A stretch of 63,676 nt of DNA, filler included, from Ministeria vibrans ATCC 50519 (taxonomy: Eukaryota; Protista; Filasterea): the NCBI GenBank assembly GCA_943704425.1. It is 10 parts of 10 records of this genome, joined end to end, with 100 filler letters (N's around TTAATTAATTAA, not from the genome) between each part and the next. Parts side by side here need not be neighbours in the genome. Positions count along the whole stretch, not along the records: positions 14,960 to 46,258 come from CALSCP010000673.1; positions 46,359 to 51,249 come from CALSCP010000384.1; positions 51,350 to 56,236 come from CALSCP010001367.1; positions 56,337 to 59,630 come from CALSCP010000761.1; 6 more parts are not named here. One strand, given 5' to 3'. Numbering within the stretch: position 1 is the stretch's first letter; the number at the start of each line of letters is the position of its first letter. Below are positions 43,992 through 58,232 of the stretch, piece by piece. Position numbers and translations under genes: made by a program. Below the pieces are notes generated by a model, which was not told the DNA's origin, made no database searches, and was given only the letters and a program-made list of their open reading frames with translations.

Positions 43992-45045
43992 TCAGTTTGA
44001 TTCTGCATCCATGCTCTTGACACGAGAGGCACGACGCACGGCGATCTGTCCATGCCAACTTGCAGTCGGAACATTAGTCGCGACACTGGGAGGTAGGGGC
44101 ACGACATCTTGTGCGATGGCGGGCAGTGCGGAGTTGGAGTGTTCACGCGCAAGCTGGGGTGGAGTCGCCGTGAGGAAAATGGACTGAAGACGAGTGGCGG
44201 CCCAGCGAAGCTCCACCAGATTTGGGGGTGTATGCCGTCGCTGTTGTTGCTGTTGCGTGGTGTGAGTGGCAGAGTGGACGTCCGCAGTGGACACGCACTG
44301 TTGTTGTAGGAAATCAATGTCAAGCTGAAGGAGTCGTTGTTCAATGCGAAGGGCATCTCGTAGTCTAGGTGCAGTGTCGGCAATGGACGCGCGCGTGAGG
44401 CTCAATCGGTTGGCACGCAACGCTTCCATCACTTGCAGCAACCCGTCTGCCTCGTCGCGGGCCTCATGCTGTTCACCTGATCCTAGCCCAAAGTAGAACT
44501 GATCAGTGTTGTCGTCGGGTTCATCGTCGTCGTCGTCGTCGGAGGAGGAGGAGGAGTGATCATGACTGGCACCCCCTCCACACTCAAGTCGCCCGACAAT
44601 GTCACTCAGCTTCGCATCTCGCTCAATTTCATGCGCCTTTCCTGCCTCCCGTACGTTGTGCACAGCCATTTTACATTCCTTTTCAACACGCTCGCGCACG
44701 TGCGGTGGCTCTGGCAGACTATAAAAGAAAAAGCAGTGAGTCCCTTCTGAGTCCCCTTGCTCTGTCTGCCACGCACCTCATTGGCGGTCGCGACGCCCCC
44801 CGATCAAGATCCACCAGTATATCAAGAAGAAGGGTGACTTCGTGCGCCATTTCATCGTTGCGGGCCACGAGCGGCTCGCCAATGCGACGACGCACATCGT
44901 CAAGTTCAATGCTATTCGAGAGCAGTGCGCCAATCTCTGTCATGAGCAGTCGCCTTGGTGTAAACCCGCGAATACTCTCATCTGTGGACACAGGCTCTTT
45001 GACTGTGCGCCCCGACGCCGATGATATATATCGGCGTCGATTCAT
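43992..45045 (-). CDS. CCDC24: CCDC24-like coiled-coil protein (one intron ~44720-44778)
   Basis: ELDDVRRRIGEPLV..EVTLLLDIL, LPEPPHVRERVEKE and RLRDALRIEQRLLQLDIDFLQQC match the CCDC24 domain pattern as recalled. Confidence 0.65.
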
Positions 45046-45098
45046 AAAAAAAGATAGGAAATGATCAAAATTAATCCGACTTTTGACTTTTGTCAACC

Positions 45099-45987
45099 AT
45101 GAATCCCATTGACACCCTCATTGCGTACGCCAGAACGGTGCCGAGCGCCGAGGCGGCCCTGTCCATTCTCAAGGTACCCTTTGATCAACAACACGCGCCT
45201 CCTCCTCTGCTATTCACTGCGCTCTCGTAGGGATTTCGAAACGGCGCAGTGTACGGCGCCAAAATCCGCTTCCCCCACGCCCTCGTCATGACCTTTCTCT
45301 TCCGCCAGGGAACGTACGTCACCCATACCCTGTGTTCCCTCCTTTGCGATTGCGCCGCTCGCCCTCTGACGCCTCGATGGCCCTCCCTCCCCCCTCCCCC
45401 TCCAACCCCAGGTTTCGTGCCAAGGTTCGCGCTGTGTTGAAAGCGACCTTCCAACACTCGAAGAACCTCGCCAAGTTCGTCACCATCTACAAGACGGCCA
45501 CGGCCATACTGGCAGGGGCTGCAGGCGGGGCTCAGCCGCATCATGCGTTCCTTGCGGCTCTCGCAGGCGGCTACTACGTCTTCGGCGAGAACAACAACAT
45601 TAACATGCAAATCAACATGTACCTTCTCTCTCGCATTCTCTTTGGCCTTGCCAAGCTTGGCGTCGAAAAGGGCATCATCCCCCAGCCTGCAGGTACTCCC
45701 TCAAAGACTCATCCCGTTGGAAGTGCTCACGACGCCGTTTCTTGCAGGCGATCCCTTTCCTGTCTTTGGCGCTGTCGTCTGGGGCATTGTCCTCTGGCTC
45801 TTCGAATACCATCCGTACGCCATATTATAATTATGTCCTTCCACCCTGATACCCTCTGCAATACGTTGTATTCTTTTGATCGTGCAGGCACGTCCTCCAA
45901 AATTCACTGCAGTCCTCTATGACCTACTTGTATCACGACAGCAACTCGTGGCGCAATCTGCGCACTCTCCTGTGGCATAACAAGTAA
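45099..45987 (+). CDS. PXMP4: Peroxisomal membrane protein 4 (PMP24), multi-exon
   Basis: LSILK|GFRNGAVYGAKIRFPHALVMTFLF, ATFQHSKNLAKFV, GGYYVFGENNNINMQINMYLLSR, SSMTYLYHDSNSW. Confidence 0.95.
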
Positions 45988-46168
45988 CACATACGCACAC
46001 ACTCTCTCTTTCTCTGGCGCTTCAATGTTTTCCCTTGGCCTTTTCATCCGCCAAACCACATGCAATTTAACAAACGAATAGAGATGATTGTAATATTGAA
46101 AGAGTAAAAAAAAAAAAAAAACAGAAATGAGAAAATTGAGAGATTGTGTGCGTGTGTGCGTGATCGTG

Positions 46169-46258
<90 letters not shown>

Positions 46259-46597
46259 NNNNNNNNNNNNNNNNNNNNNNNNNNNNNNNNNNNNNNNNNN
46301 NNTTAATTAATTAANNNNNNNNNNNNNNNNNNNNNNNNNNNNNNNNNNNNNNNNNNNNATACTCCACTGTCAAGTCCAAGAAGTATCCGAAATTCTGAAT
46401 TCTTAAAAACAATACTAATTCATCCTCCATGATTATGCAGTGTATTCACAGGCGGGGAGAAAATGCGATGCATTAACATGAAACGTGTACAACAAATATA
46501 CCAAAAGAAATTGAGTCGGACTATCCACAGGAGTCAAAAACGACTCATTTTGACTAACAACAAAGTCAAAACAATAATATTAATTATGTAACACATT

Positions 46598-48076
46598 TCA
46601 CAGAGAGGCACTCAAACGTTGCTTCATCTCGATCATTTCACGAGCTAATTCTCGATTCATTGCCTCAATCTACAAAAACAAGCAAGAGACAAAATACATT
46701 AATCAAGTCGTTTCAATTTCTCTCGTTCTTACCTGTTGGAGTTGCTGGTGCAGAGCGGATTTCTCCGAGTGCAATGTCTCGACCTGTTTCTCGAGCTGCT
46801 GCATGTACAGCTTCTTTTTGAGACGACAGAGACGCGAGGCTTTGCGATTTCGCTGGCGCTTGCGGTTCGCGCGGTCGGCAGTGCCGAGTCCGTCGTCGTC
46901 GCCCGATTCGTACGCTTGCATTTCGAGTTCTTCCGCCAGAATGAACTGTTGGATCTTTTCCGGGTCGTCGGGAATGCGGTCAGGGCGTTTTCCCTTGGTG
47001 GCAGTGGTGGAGGGAGGGTAGGCGCGCGGGGGAGGAGCAACGCGGAGCGCATGGACACTGGTGGTGGCGGGGTCTTCCGAGACGAGAACAGGCAGGGAGG
47101 TTTGAGGTGGAGCCATCGACAGTGTAGGTGCTGGTGAGTGTGCGATTGTGCTTCTGCTTGTGGCACTGCAGCGACTCCCTGCACTAATGGTGCGCGTGCG
47201 ACGTACGCTCGTGGACGATCCGTAACCGGCATTGGCGGCCGCTTGAGTCTGCGCTGCCGCAATGGCCAGAGCGCGTGCAGTGGGTGCGCTACCACTGTGA
47301 AGATGGAGATTGTGACCTCTCGAAGCGGTGTTGGCCCGTCGGCGATGGCGCTGTGATGCTGACGAGAGGCCGTTGTTGTCTTCGTCATCCTCATCGTCGT
47401 CCATTAGTTCGTCTTCGTCGTCGTAGTCTTCGTCTACCGACCCTGCCTCCACCTGGTACTCTTCATCGTCATCCTCCACCTCACCTTCTTCTTCCTCCTC
47501 CTCCTCCTCCTCCTCTTCCTCCTCCTCCTCCTTGCATGATTCTCGTACCTCATCGCCAGCGTCACCGGTGCCAACACTGCCCGTCGAGCGCGCGCATTCG
47601 TCATCGCTACAGTCCATTTCCTTCTTAATGTCCCTCTTGGGAGGTGATACTCCACCACGCCCCTTGGCAATCTTGGCGAACCCTTCTACGGCCTTTTGAG
47701 CCGCCTTGCGCTGCTGTCGTCCATACGGGGAAAAGCGTACGTCTGCCGCAGCGTGTCTTGGCGCGGGCTTGACTCCGCGTTGTTCGGAAACCAGCGCAGG
47801 CGGTGCAACTTCAGCTTCCACCGCAAGTTCGGGCAATGACATAAGCAAATCGGTCTCTGGCTGACTCATCGCCGTTGCAGCAGCAAACGATGCATTCGCC
47901 GTCTCGTCAAGATCAACGGTAGTCAGCATTTCGGGGACAAGTCCGTCGGGGGGCGCGTCCATGGCCGAAATGAGTTGGGCAAGGAACGATGAATTTTGGC
48001 GGGAACAAAATTCCTTGCGAGAAAAGTCGTCCATCATGGGCGATAGAGGCGTCGTTGGGTCTTGAACGCTGTCCAT
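46598..48076 (-). CDS. bZIP transcription factor (CREB/CREBRF-like basic region); exons 48076-46733 and 46669-46598
   Basis: RKRQRNRKASRLCRLKKK followed by a leucine zipper (LEKQVETLHSEKSALHQQLQQIEAMNREL); acidic N-terminal region. Confidence 0.88.
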
Positions 48077-49244
48077 TGTATAGTCTCTGGTGCTTTTGTG
48101 CTTGTTCTGCTCGTAGAAGTTCGAACACGTCGTGTCTGAAAAGTGAGAGAGGAGAGAAAAAATTGTGAGAATTAGTTATTCAAGTGAATAAAGATAATCG
48201 CGGATGACATGTCATCTGTGGGCGCGGAGGGGCTGTGCGAGTTGATCTTTGTATTTTGCGCATGTATGTGTGCATGTGAGAGGTAAAATAGAATACGGCG
48301 CATTGATGGGGCCTGAGCGTGGAAAGGAAAGGAAGCTCGAAGAACAAAACACAAACCTCACACATAAAACCCGAAACAAAAAAGAAACAAAGACGGTAAA
48401 TGCACTGCTGTGGCTCGCTTCCCGCGCACAGACGTCTCGTTATCAATATGGTAACTATTACATGCAATGCGAACGAACAGCGGTGCCTCATTTTGTCTGT
48501 TGGACGTTTTTTTTCTTTTTTTTTCTTTTTTTCTCACGGTCGAGTAAAAAAAACTCTGGGGAAATTCCCACTTTCCTTCCGGCGTTAATCAGCAAATTGA
48601 AACACGAGGAAGGGCGCGAGTCGATGGGGTACGTTGTATCACGTCGACTTTGAGTGACAAAGAGCGCTCGGAGGCACTTGCGAAGGGGCGATGGATGACA
48701 GAGGATATCAACAGATGGCAGACAGATAAGAACCCCTCGGTGGACACTCAGTCCGCCCGTTTGGGACGCCCGCAACGGCGCCTGGTGGATACGGGCACGG
48801 CTTCATATGTATGTCGCCCGACGTCGCCCGACGTCGTTGGACGCGGAAAGTGCGAACCATCCAAAAAAAAAACGAGTATGTGCCACGAAGCACTTACGAT
48901 GCAGTAGAGTGCCGAAAATACAGAGACGCATGGAAAGCGGTCTTCTGCAAGTGGGTCTATGCCCCATTGTAAATGTCATGGCCGACAATAGAAGGCGCGT
49001 ACGCGGGTAGGGGTGTGGGGCGAGAGTGAACTTGTGAGCTCACGAGTGGGCGCACAAGTCATCCGCGCGAAACTAAACTCCGCTTACCGTTGATAGGATG
49101 TTGTGTGACTTGCGTCGCTATGAATGGATTTGTTTGTATAGGTTTGATCACGTAGCTGTGAGGTTGACTTGCGAAAGTGGTTAGTGTGAGAAAAATGAGT
49201 GAAGATTAAGTTCGATAAACAAAAAAAGATGCGGGCAACACGGT

Positions 49245-49256
49245 TTATATATAAAT
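49245..49256 (-). promoter_or_regulatory. Candidate TATA box for the bZIP gene (non-coding exon ~49225-49088, long 5'UTR intron 49087-48136)
   Basis: TATATATAAA lies ~25-30 nt before a pyrimidine-rich stretch; G|GTAAGC donor at 49087; TTTTCAG acceptor ending at 48136. Confidence 0.4.
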
Positions 49257-49588
49257 ACCCGACGCTGGCTTTATCGTGGCACTGCCTTTCTTCAAAAGGA
49301 TCCTAGTCATACACTCACACTGCCACCCACTGAGTGGTTGCTTGTCATTGCATTGAATCAGTCAATGGGACACTGGCAGTTCGAAAAGCTTACACCACTT
49401 ATCTAATATCTTATCACAATAAATGCTCTATTTTTCTTTTTTCACATTTTTTCAAACGGACTAAACGCCTTCAATCAATACAATAAAAGATTACCATGCA
49501 ATACTCAATAGAGACAAAACACACCGCCAGTTCTTATTCGTATTATCAATATTATTTATTTTACATTGAAACAGTACAATTTCCCGGG

Positions 49589-51244
49589 TCATTTGTTGGC
49601 AAGCATCGCATTCGCACGCGCCTTCTGCACCAAAAGTGCCACACGCTTGGTCCCACTTGTCTTGAGCAGACCCGCGAGCTCCTTGGGCGTCATCCCATCC
49701 ACCCGACGGTAGTTCACTTCAACCAGTCGGTCGTGCACCTGCAGCCGACCCGATCGCGCTGCTGCCGTCAGCGGCATGATCCGGTCGATAAACTTCCCTT
49801 CCGCTGTGTGGCGGATGACCAGCCCCAGTCCCGCCATTCCCTTCTCAATCTCAACCAATTCCTAGTCAAACACACACATAACAGCAAATCAAAATCAAAA
49901 TCAAATCAACTCATTAGCTTCTCTCACCAGTTTTGGGCACAATCGATCAAAGTTCTCATGCAACATAGCAATCTGCTCTTCTGACAGTTCACCAATCGCA
50001 ATCATTTTCTCCAGAAACTCCTCACAGACACTCCGAGTGACTCCCTAAGAACATCGCATGTCACTCTCAATCTCTCCTCTCTCCTCTCTCTTCCTTTCGC
50101 GTACCAGTTCAATCATATTACTTGTGATGGTGGCTAACTGCCCAAAAATCATATTAGCATCGCTCTGAATGGAATCTGCTTGTTCCGTCACACTCAGCTC
50201 GCTCCAGGGACGCACTGCTGGCTCACTCAACGCCCCTTCCGCGGCTCCTGCCTCTTCTCTCCTCCTCAAACTACATTCTTCGCCTTCTTCCTGGTGCCGC
50301 TGTTGTTGTTGTTGTTGTTGTTGTTGCTGTTGCTGTTGTTTATCTTGTTGCTGGCGCACCTTGGCGCGTTCCGTTTCGACGGCATCAAAGAAGGCGGCCC
50401 TCCAGAAGCGCAAGTTCTGCCAGATGGCTTGTGCCTTGAGCTCCTCGTGAAGGTACAGACGTGCATCGCTATCGCGCGGGTCTGTGCGGAAGAATGTGAA
50501 CGCCATATTCATGAGAATCTTAGCAGGTCGAAAATCGTCGGCGAGCGTGCACTCGTTGAGGACCACCGCGATGAATTGGGTCAGATGAAAGAAGGACTGT
50601 TCGCCGCATCGTCGGGCTTTCACTCGTCGGCGGTCCAGCAGCCGAGCAAACCATAACCGCGCCCATTCACACTGCACAAGTTCACCAAACCGAGACTTGC
50701 GTGCCGTCTCAATGGTGGCAGTCTCCGAGAAGCACGATGCGACAAAGTCGCGCATAAACTGCCGTTGGTCGCGTCGCTCGTCGTCGTCGTCCCGCTCCTC
50801 TTCCTCCTCCCTCCTCGCCTCCTCCTCATCGTCCCTTTCCGCCACCACCACCACCTCCTCGCTCGCTCGCGCCGCCGCGTCTTTGTCGACACTGCGCGGT
50901 CGTGGAGCAGCGGACGGCAGCTTGGAGCGAGAAGCGGCGTGTGCAGTGCTGGACGGTGACGCCGAACTTGCCGTGCGTCCTCGCAACGCCGCGCCATGAG
51001 CAAGCGTCGACATCCGCACCGCAGGGACGCCACTGCTGCTCCCGGGACGCGGTACATACGACGTCTTGGACTGAGACCGGCTGCGATGGCCGTCGCCATG
51101 GCCTCCGTTGCTGTGCGTGTTGTCGTCGTTGTCGCTGTCGTCGTCGCCCAGCGCCGAGACCAAAGCCGCAAGTTTTAGCTTTAGCGTCCTATTCTCTTCT
51201 TCTAATTGGCGCACATAGGCGCGCCATGTTGGAGAGTAGCACAC
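49589..51244 (-). CDS. KIAA0513-like (SBF2 domain) protein with C-terminal PDZ domain, 5'-partial
   Basis: RLWFARLL..SFFHLTQFIAVVLNEC..DDFRPAKILMNMAFTFF..IWQNLRFWRAAFFDAV; exons 50044-49928 and 49861-49589, the last with GLGLVI..AAARSGRLQVHDRLVEVN (PDZ). Confidence 0.82.
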
Positions 51245-51411
51245 GAGGTNNNNNNNNNNNNNNNNNNNNNNNNNNNNNNNNNNNNNNNNNNNNTTAATTA
51301 ATTAANNNNNNNNNNNNNNNNNNNNNNNNNNNNNNNNNNNNNNNNNNNNAAAAAAAAAAAAAAAAAAAAGATAAGTGGAGTGTCATTTGGAAGCACAAAA
51401 CTCTTTTCTAC

Positions 51412-51636
51412 CGGTGTTCCAAGTGCAGGCAACGTACTCACACGACGCTTTGATGTGATTGGCGTCTGTCGACAGAGCGTCGGTGCACGTATCGGCGTAC
51501 CAATGCTATGAGAGACAGTTGAGAGTTTTTTAGGGGGGAATTTTTTTTTTTTGCTTTCTCTCTTGCTACTTACGTCGCGCTTCCCCTGTCGCACAGAGGC
51601 ATGGCGAAATTTGCTTGTTCGAAACCGATTCGCCAT
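51412..51636 (-). CDS. Coronin (coronin-7-like) N-terminal exons, 3'-partial
   Basis: MANRFRTSKFRH..|HWYAD..NHIKASCEYVA. Confidence 0.78.
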
Positions 51637-51816
51637 TCGATTCTTGCAAATTTTCTTTTTGTTTATTTGATCTTTTCTTTGTTGACAAATCACAAAATTA
51701 ATCACACAAAATTAATAATCATACTGTAATCACATTTTGACACTCCACACATACAACCACAATATCACACAGATATACATAGATAAAACAACACATTCCA
51801 CACCCTCAGTAGATCC

Positions 51817-52721
51817 TCAGCTGTCAAAGAGGGACACATCGTGAATAGCAATGGAGCACATAAGGACACGGGCTTCGTCGTGGCTGAGGGGAGGTGCGTC
51901 GGGAGCGCGCGACGACGACTCGGGCGCAATGTACGCCGCATGATTGAACGTCACGAGGATGTCGGTGTGCTGCTGAGGAAGCCGCAGAAGCAACAGTTGA
52001 ATCTCCACGCGGTTCTTGGCCGCCTCGTTGAACTTGGCCACAACTTGTTCGCCGCACAAGAGCCACTTGGTCGCGTTTGGCAGTGTGTCGGGCAAGACGG
52101 GCGCTTCTTGCGCTTGTATTTGCGTCACCGATACCACACGAGTCCCATCAGGGTCGGCACCATTGTCCTCGGCAAGTTGCTCCCAGTGATATCTAAAGAC
52201 AAGATATAATGCGTGTAAGAGTGTGCATTCGTGTGTGTGTGTGTGTGTGTAAGAGAGAATGTGCATATGCGCATTGTGTATATGAGTATCTATGTGTACA
52301 TATGTGAGAATGAGTGCATGTGTACATGCACAAGTGCACAAATGTAACAAAAATGTAATGATATACTTTGTGCGTTGTGAAACGTTTGAAAGGACAACAC
52401 ACACACACACACACACCAAAGTGTCGCTGGCTCTCCTTACACTGCTGCTTCTGCATCCTCCACTTCTTGGTGCTCCACAACTTCAACAATCAACGACTGG
52501 TCGGTCACTGCGTCAACATACACCTCCTGGTTGTCCGGAATCCCTCGAAAGTTGCTAAACAAGCACAGTTGAGTTGAGACAAAAAAGACACACACAAAAA
52601 TTAAAAACGTTTTCAAACGATCCTCAAAAAATGGCACTACACACCTCGCATCCTGAAACCGATGGGGCAGACGCATACTCAGTGCACCGCCAAACAGGGG
52701 AACGTGGACAAACGCTTCCAT
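51817..52721 (-). CDS. MOG1: Mog1/RANGRF Ran guanine-nucleotide release factor, 3 exons
   Basis: PLFGGALSM..FQDASNFRGIPDNQEVY..DQSLIVEVVE, YHWEQLAEDN, QVVAKFNE, LLRLPQQHTDILVTFN. Confidence 0.92.
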
Positions 52722-53010
52722 CGAGTTGTGTGTTTGAAATGAAGAAAGAAAGATAAAAGATAAAACTGAATAAGTGACAACTGAATGAACCGATTTTTTA
52801 TTCTGATTATATTTCTAAATTTTTCGATCGTGGCCAATGACACAAACGCGAAGATCTTCTTGTATGCATCATTAATTTGATTAATTATAATAATAATAAT
52901 AATTAATAAAATTTATTATGGATATTATACAATAAAGGATCAGGCGCGTCACTTACAGAGTGTCTACGTTTTAAGAGAATAAGTTACTTTTCGGCTCACA
53001 CAGTCCACAC

Positions 53011-55716
<2,706 letters not shown>

Positions 55717-56336
55717 TGTTGGACTGCAGATTATTTTACTGATTTTTTGAAGTGTGAACATTGAGTCATTGACGTTGATCAACAATGGAAATTTGTTTTC
55801 CGTTTCAGTTTGGAGTAATCGAGTTTGTTAACTTTGTTTTCACTTCTTTTTGCTGTTTCACCTAGTAGTAAACCGTTAGCCATGCTGTCTCGATTGCGCT
55901 TTGGTGAGACGCGCGTGCGTATTGATGTTACTGTGCTGTTTTTGTCGAACTCGCGTCGGGGGAACCACTCTGCGACCTCCCCTCCCTCCCCCCTCCTATG
56001 ACGCGTCTATGTCGCTCTATGTCACCCGGCATGCGTGTGGGCAAGCAGCCTACGTTGGCTGATCGTCAAACGTGAGATTATCTAATCGCTCTTTGTGCGC
56101 TTGTTGCGCCTCCTCTGGCGCCCTCTCTTGCGCCACCTCTTCCTCCACACGCTCCGATTCTTCCAATTTCAAGCATCTCCTTCAACGAAATATTGCGACT
56201 GAAAACGAAGAAAAGAAAAAAAAAAAAAAAAGGGCANNNNNNNNNNNNNNNNNNNNNNNNNNNNNNNNNNNNNNNNNNNNTTAATTAATTAANNNNNNNN
56301 NNNNNNNNNNNNNNNNNNNNNNNNNNNNNNNNNNNN

Positions 56337-56414
<78 letters not shown>

Positions 56415-56838
56415 TACAATGTAAACTTGCTCGTCGACCGCCATGAGCTCACGCCAGAGTTGCTCGGCAACTTGCCCAGGCAGCACATCTTCAATCACAA
56501 CGAAGCGCTGCTTCAGGAGCGCTTCACGAATCTTTTTCAAGATCTTGTTGTTCTGTGGCGAACAATGTAAAAGTCGGTGTTGGCACTCGAGACGGAGAGA
56601 TACAGCTCGTGCCTACCGAGAACCACGCTCCAAAGAAGGGTTTGACCTCGCTGCGCATGGTCGAGTTCTCAATGGTGTCGAGTCGAGCGAGAACGGTCTC
56701 CTTCAGCTTTGCATTGACCCACTTGAACGGTTTGTGATGAATCAGGTCAAAGTCAAGCTCGCCTTCCTCTTCGCCATAGCCGGCTACGCTCCAAGCGCAG
56801 AGTGCCAGACAGATGATGACGCCAAAGTAAAGGCGCAT
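56415..56838 (-). CDS. Secreted protein, possibly a 2OG-Fe(II)/prolyl-hydroxylase-like enzyme, 3'-partial
   Basis: Signal peptide MRLYFGVIICLALCAWSVAG; second exon IREALLKQRFVVIEDVLPGQVAEQLWREL resembles the start of dioxygenase domains. Confidence 0.45.
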
Positions 56839-56950
56839 TGAAAAATTCTGAGTACAGCAGAAACTTCAAAGTTCAAACTCACTAACCAATTGAGATTTGA
56901 GACTTCAGACTCAGCTATCAAGTATCAACTGTTTTTTCTAAGCTTGTGGT

Positions 56951-58107
56951 ATGGGCCATCTCGTGCTCGTCATTGCTGCGCTCCTGTGCGCCGTCTGCGT
57001 CGCGTCGCCACCCTCGCCAACACTGGTGTTTTTCTCAGAGCTCGCACAGGACCAAGTTCAGGGCTTTTTTGCCAACACCACTCTGGTCAGCCAGTTGCGT
57101 ACCCTCCACGCCAACGTGAGCCTCGCCATGCGTGAGTTTTCACCGGAACGCGCTGAAGCGGTGCGTTCACTCAATCGCGCCGGTGTACCCGTCACTGCAT
57201 GGCTCCTCCTTCCCAAAGACCAAGGCTACTGGCTCAATATGAACAATGTCGACCAGGCCATGCCCCGCTTCGAACAGTTTCTCAATTGGTTCGCACAAAC
57301 ATGACGAGGAAAACGTTTCCTAATGTTTTTCTCTGTTTCTTTTCAAGGACACACACGTACAACCTGACCTTTTCCCGCGTCGGCCTTGACATCGAATTTG
57401 ACTTGCGTGAACTGAATGACATCTTGCATGGTGACTTGGAGAAATTTGCGCAGATGTTTCTGCACGATTTCAAAAAGGAAAATCTAGTGGAGGCACAGGA
57501 GGCGTTTGACTTGCTCACGCGCACCATACGCGCCCACTACCCTGTAGAGTCGTACATTTTACCTTCGGTGCTTGATGAACGTGCTGTCAACGGCTCCACG
57601 CTAATTCAGCGTGTGCTTGGTACGGTGGATGTGCGCTCAGTCGACTACGAAGTGCCCATGCTGTACACATCGGCCTTTCCGCACGGACCCGGTCAGCTCG
57701 CCTCGTACGGACCCAACGCACAGTTTGTCGGCCTAGGGTCGACTGGAAGTAGCGGTTCGATTGGGGCCAAGAACCTCATGACGTGGGCCACCTTCTCACG
57801 CGATCTTGTCTTTTCTGCGAAACACACGCCCGCCATTTACGTGTACTCGCTTGAAGGCTCTCAGGCAAAGGGCTTTCTCGAGCCTCTTGTGCGCGGCTTT
57901 GACTACTCGCGCGACCTCACCCTTGATGAGCACCTTCAGTTTGACCGTGAGCTCCCGTGGGTCACCAAGATGCGTAGTGACAGGCGGACGCTCTGTCGTG
58001 CCAGTCTCGATCCTGACGCCGCACTCGAATGGGCGGCAACCCATCCCAAACAACTTCTTGTTCAACTCATTGAGTTTGTCCTCTTCTACCTCACCCGCAA
58101 TCTATAA
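56951..58107 (+). CDS. Secreted putative TIM-barrel/glycoside-hydrolase-like protein of bacterial type; one intron ~57289-57348
   Basis: Signal peptide; LVFFSEL, RSLNRAGVPVTAWLLLP..GYWLN, VGLDIEFD, EVPMLYTS, VGLGSTG, IYVYSLEG. Confidence 0.65.
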
Positions 58108-58232
58108 TAAGTCACCCCCGAAGCGTATTCAAGTGTTGTGTTGTGTATAAAGCGAAACGGTTCTCCTCCGTCGAGGTTTTGTGTTGATTTCATTTTTTTC
58201 TTAAGCATCCCAAATTTCTTTGTCGTCAGGCT

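Noticed and set aside
55860-56236. Possible terminal exon or Glu-rich coding fragment upstream of STK33
   Set aside because: Frame is ambiguous and the contig ends; no call can be supported.
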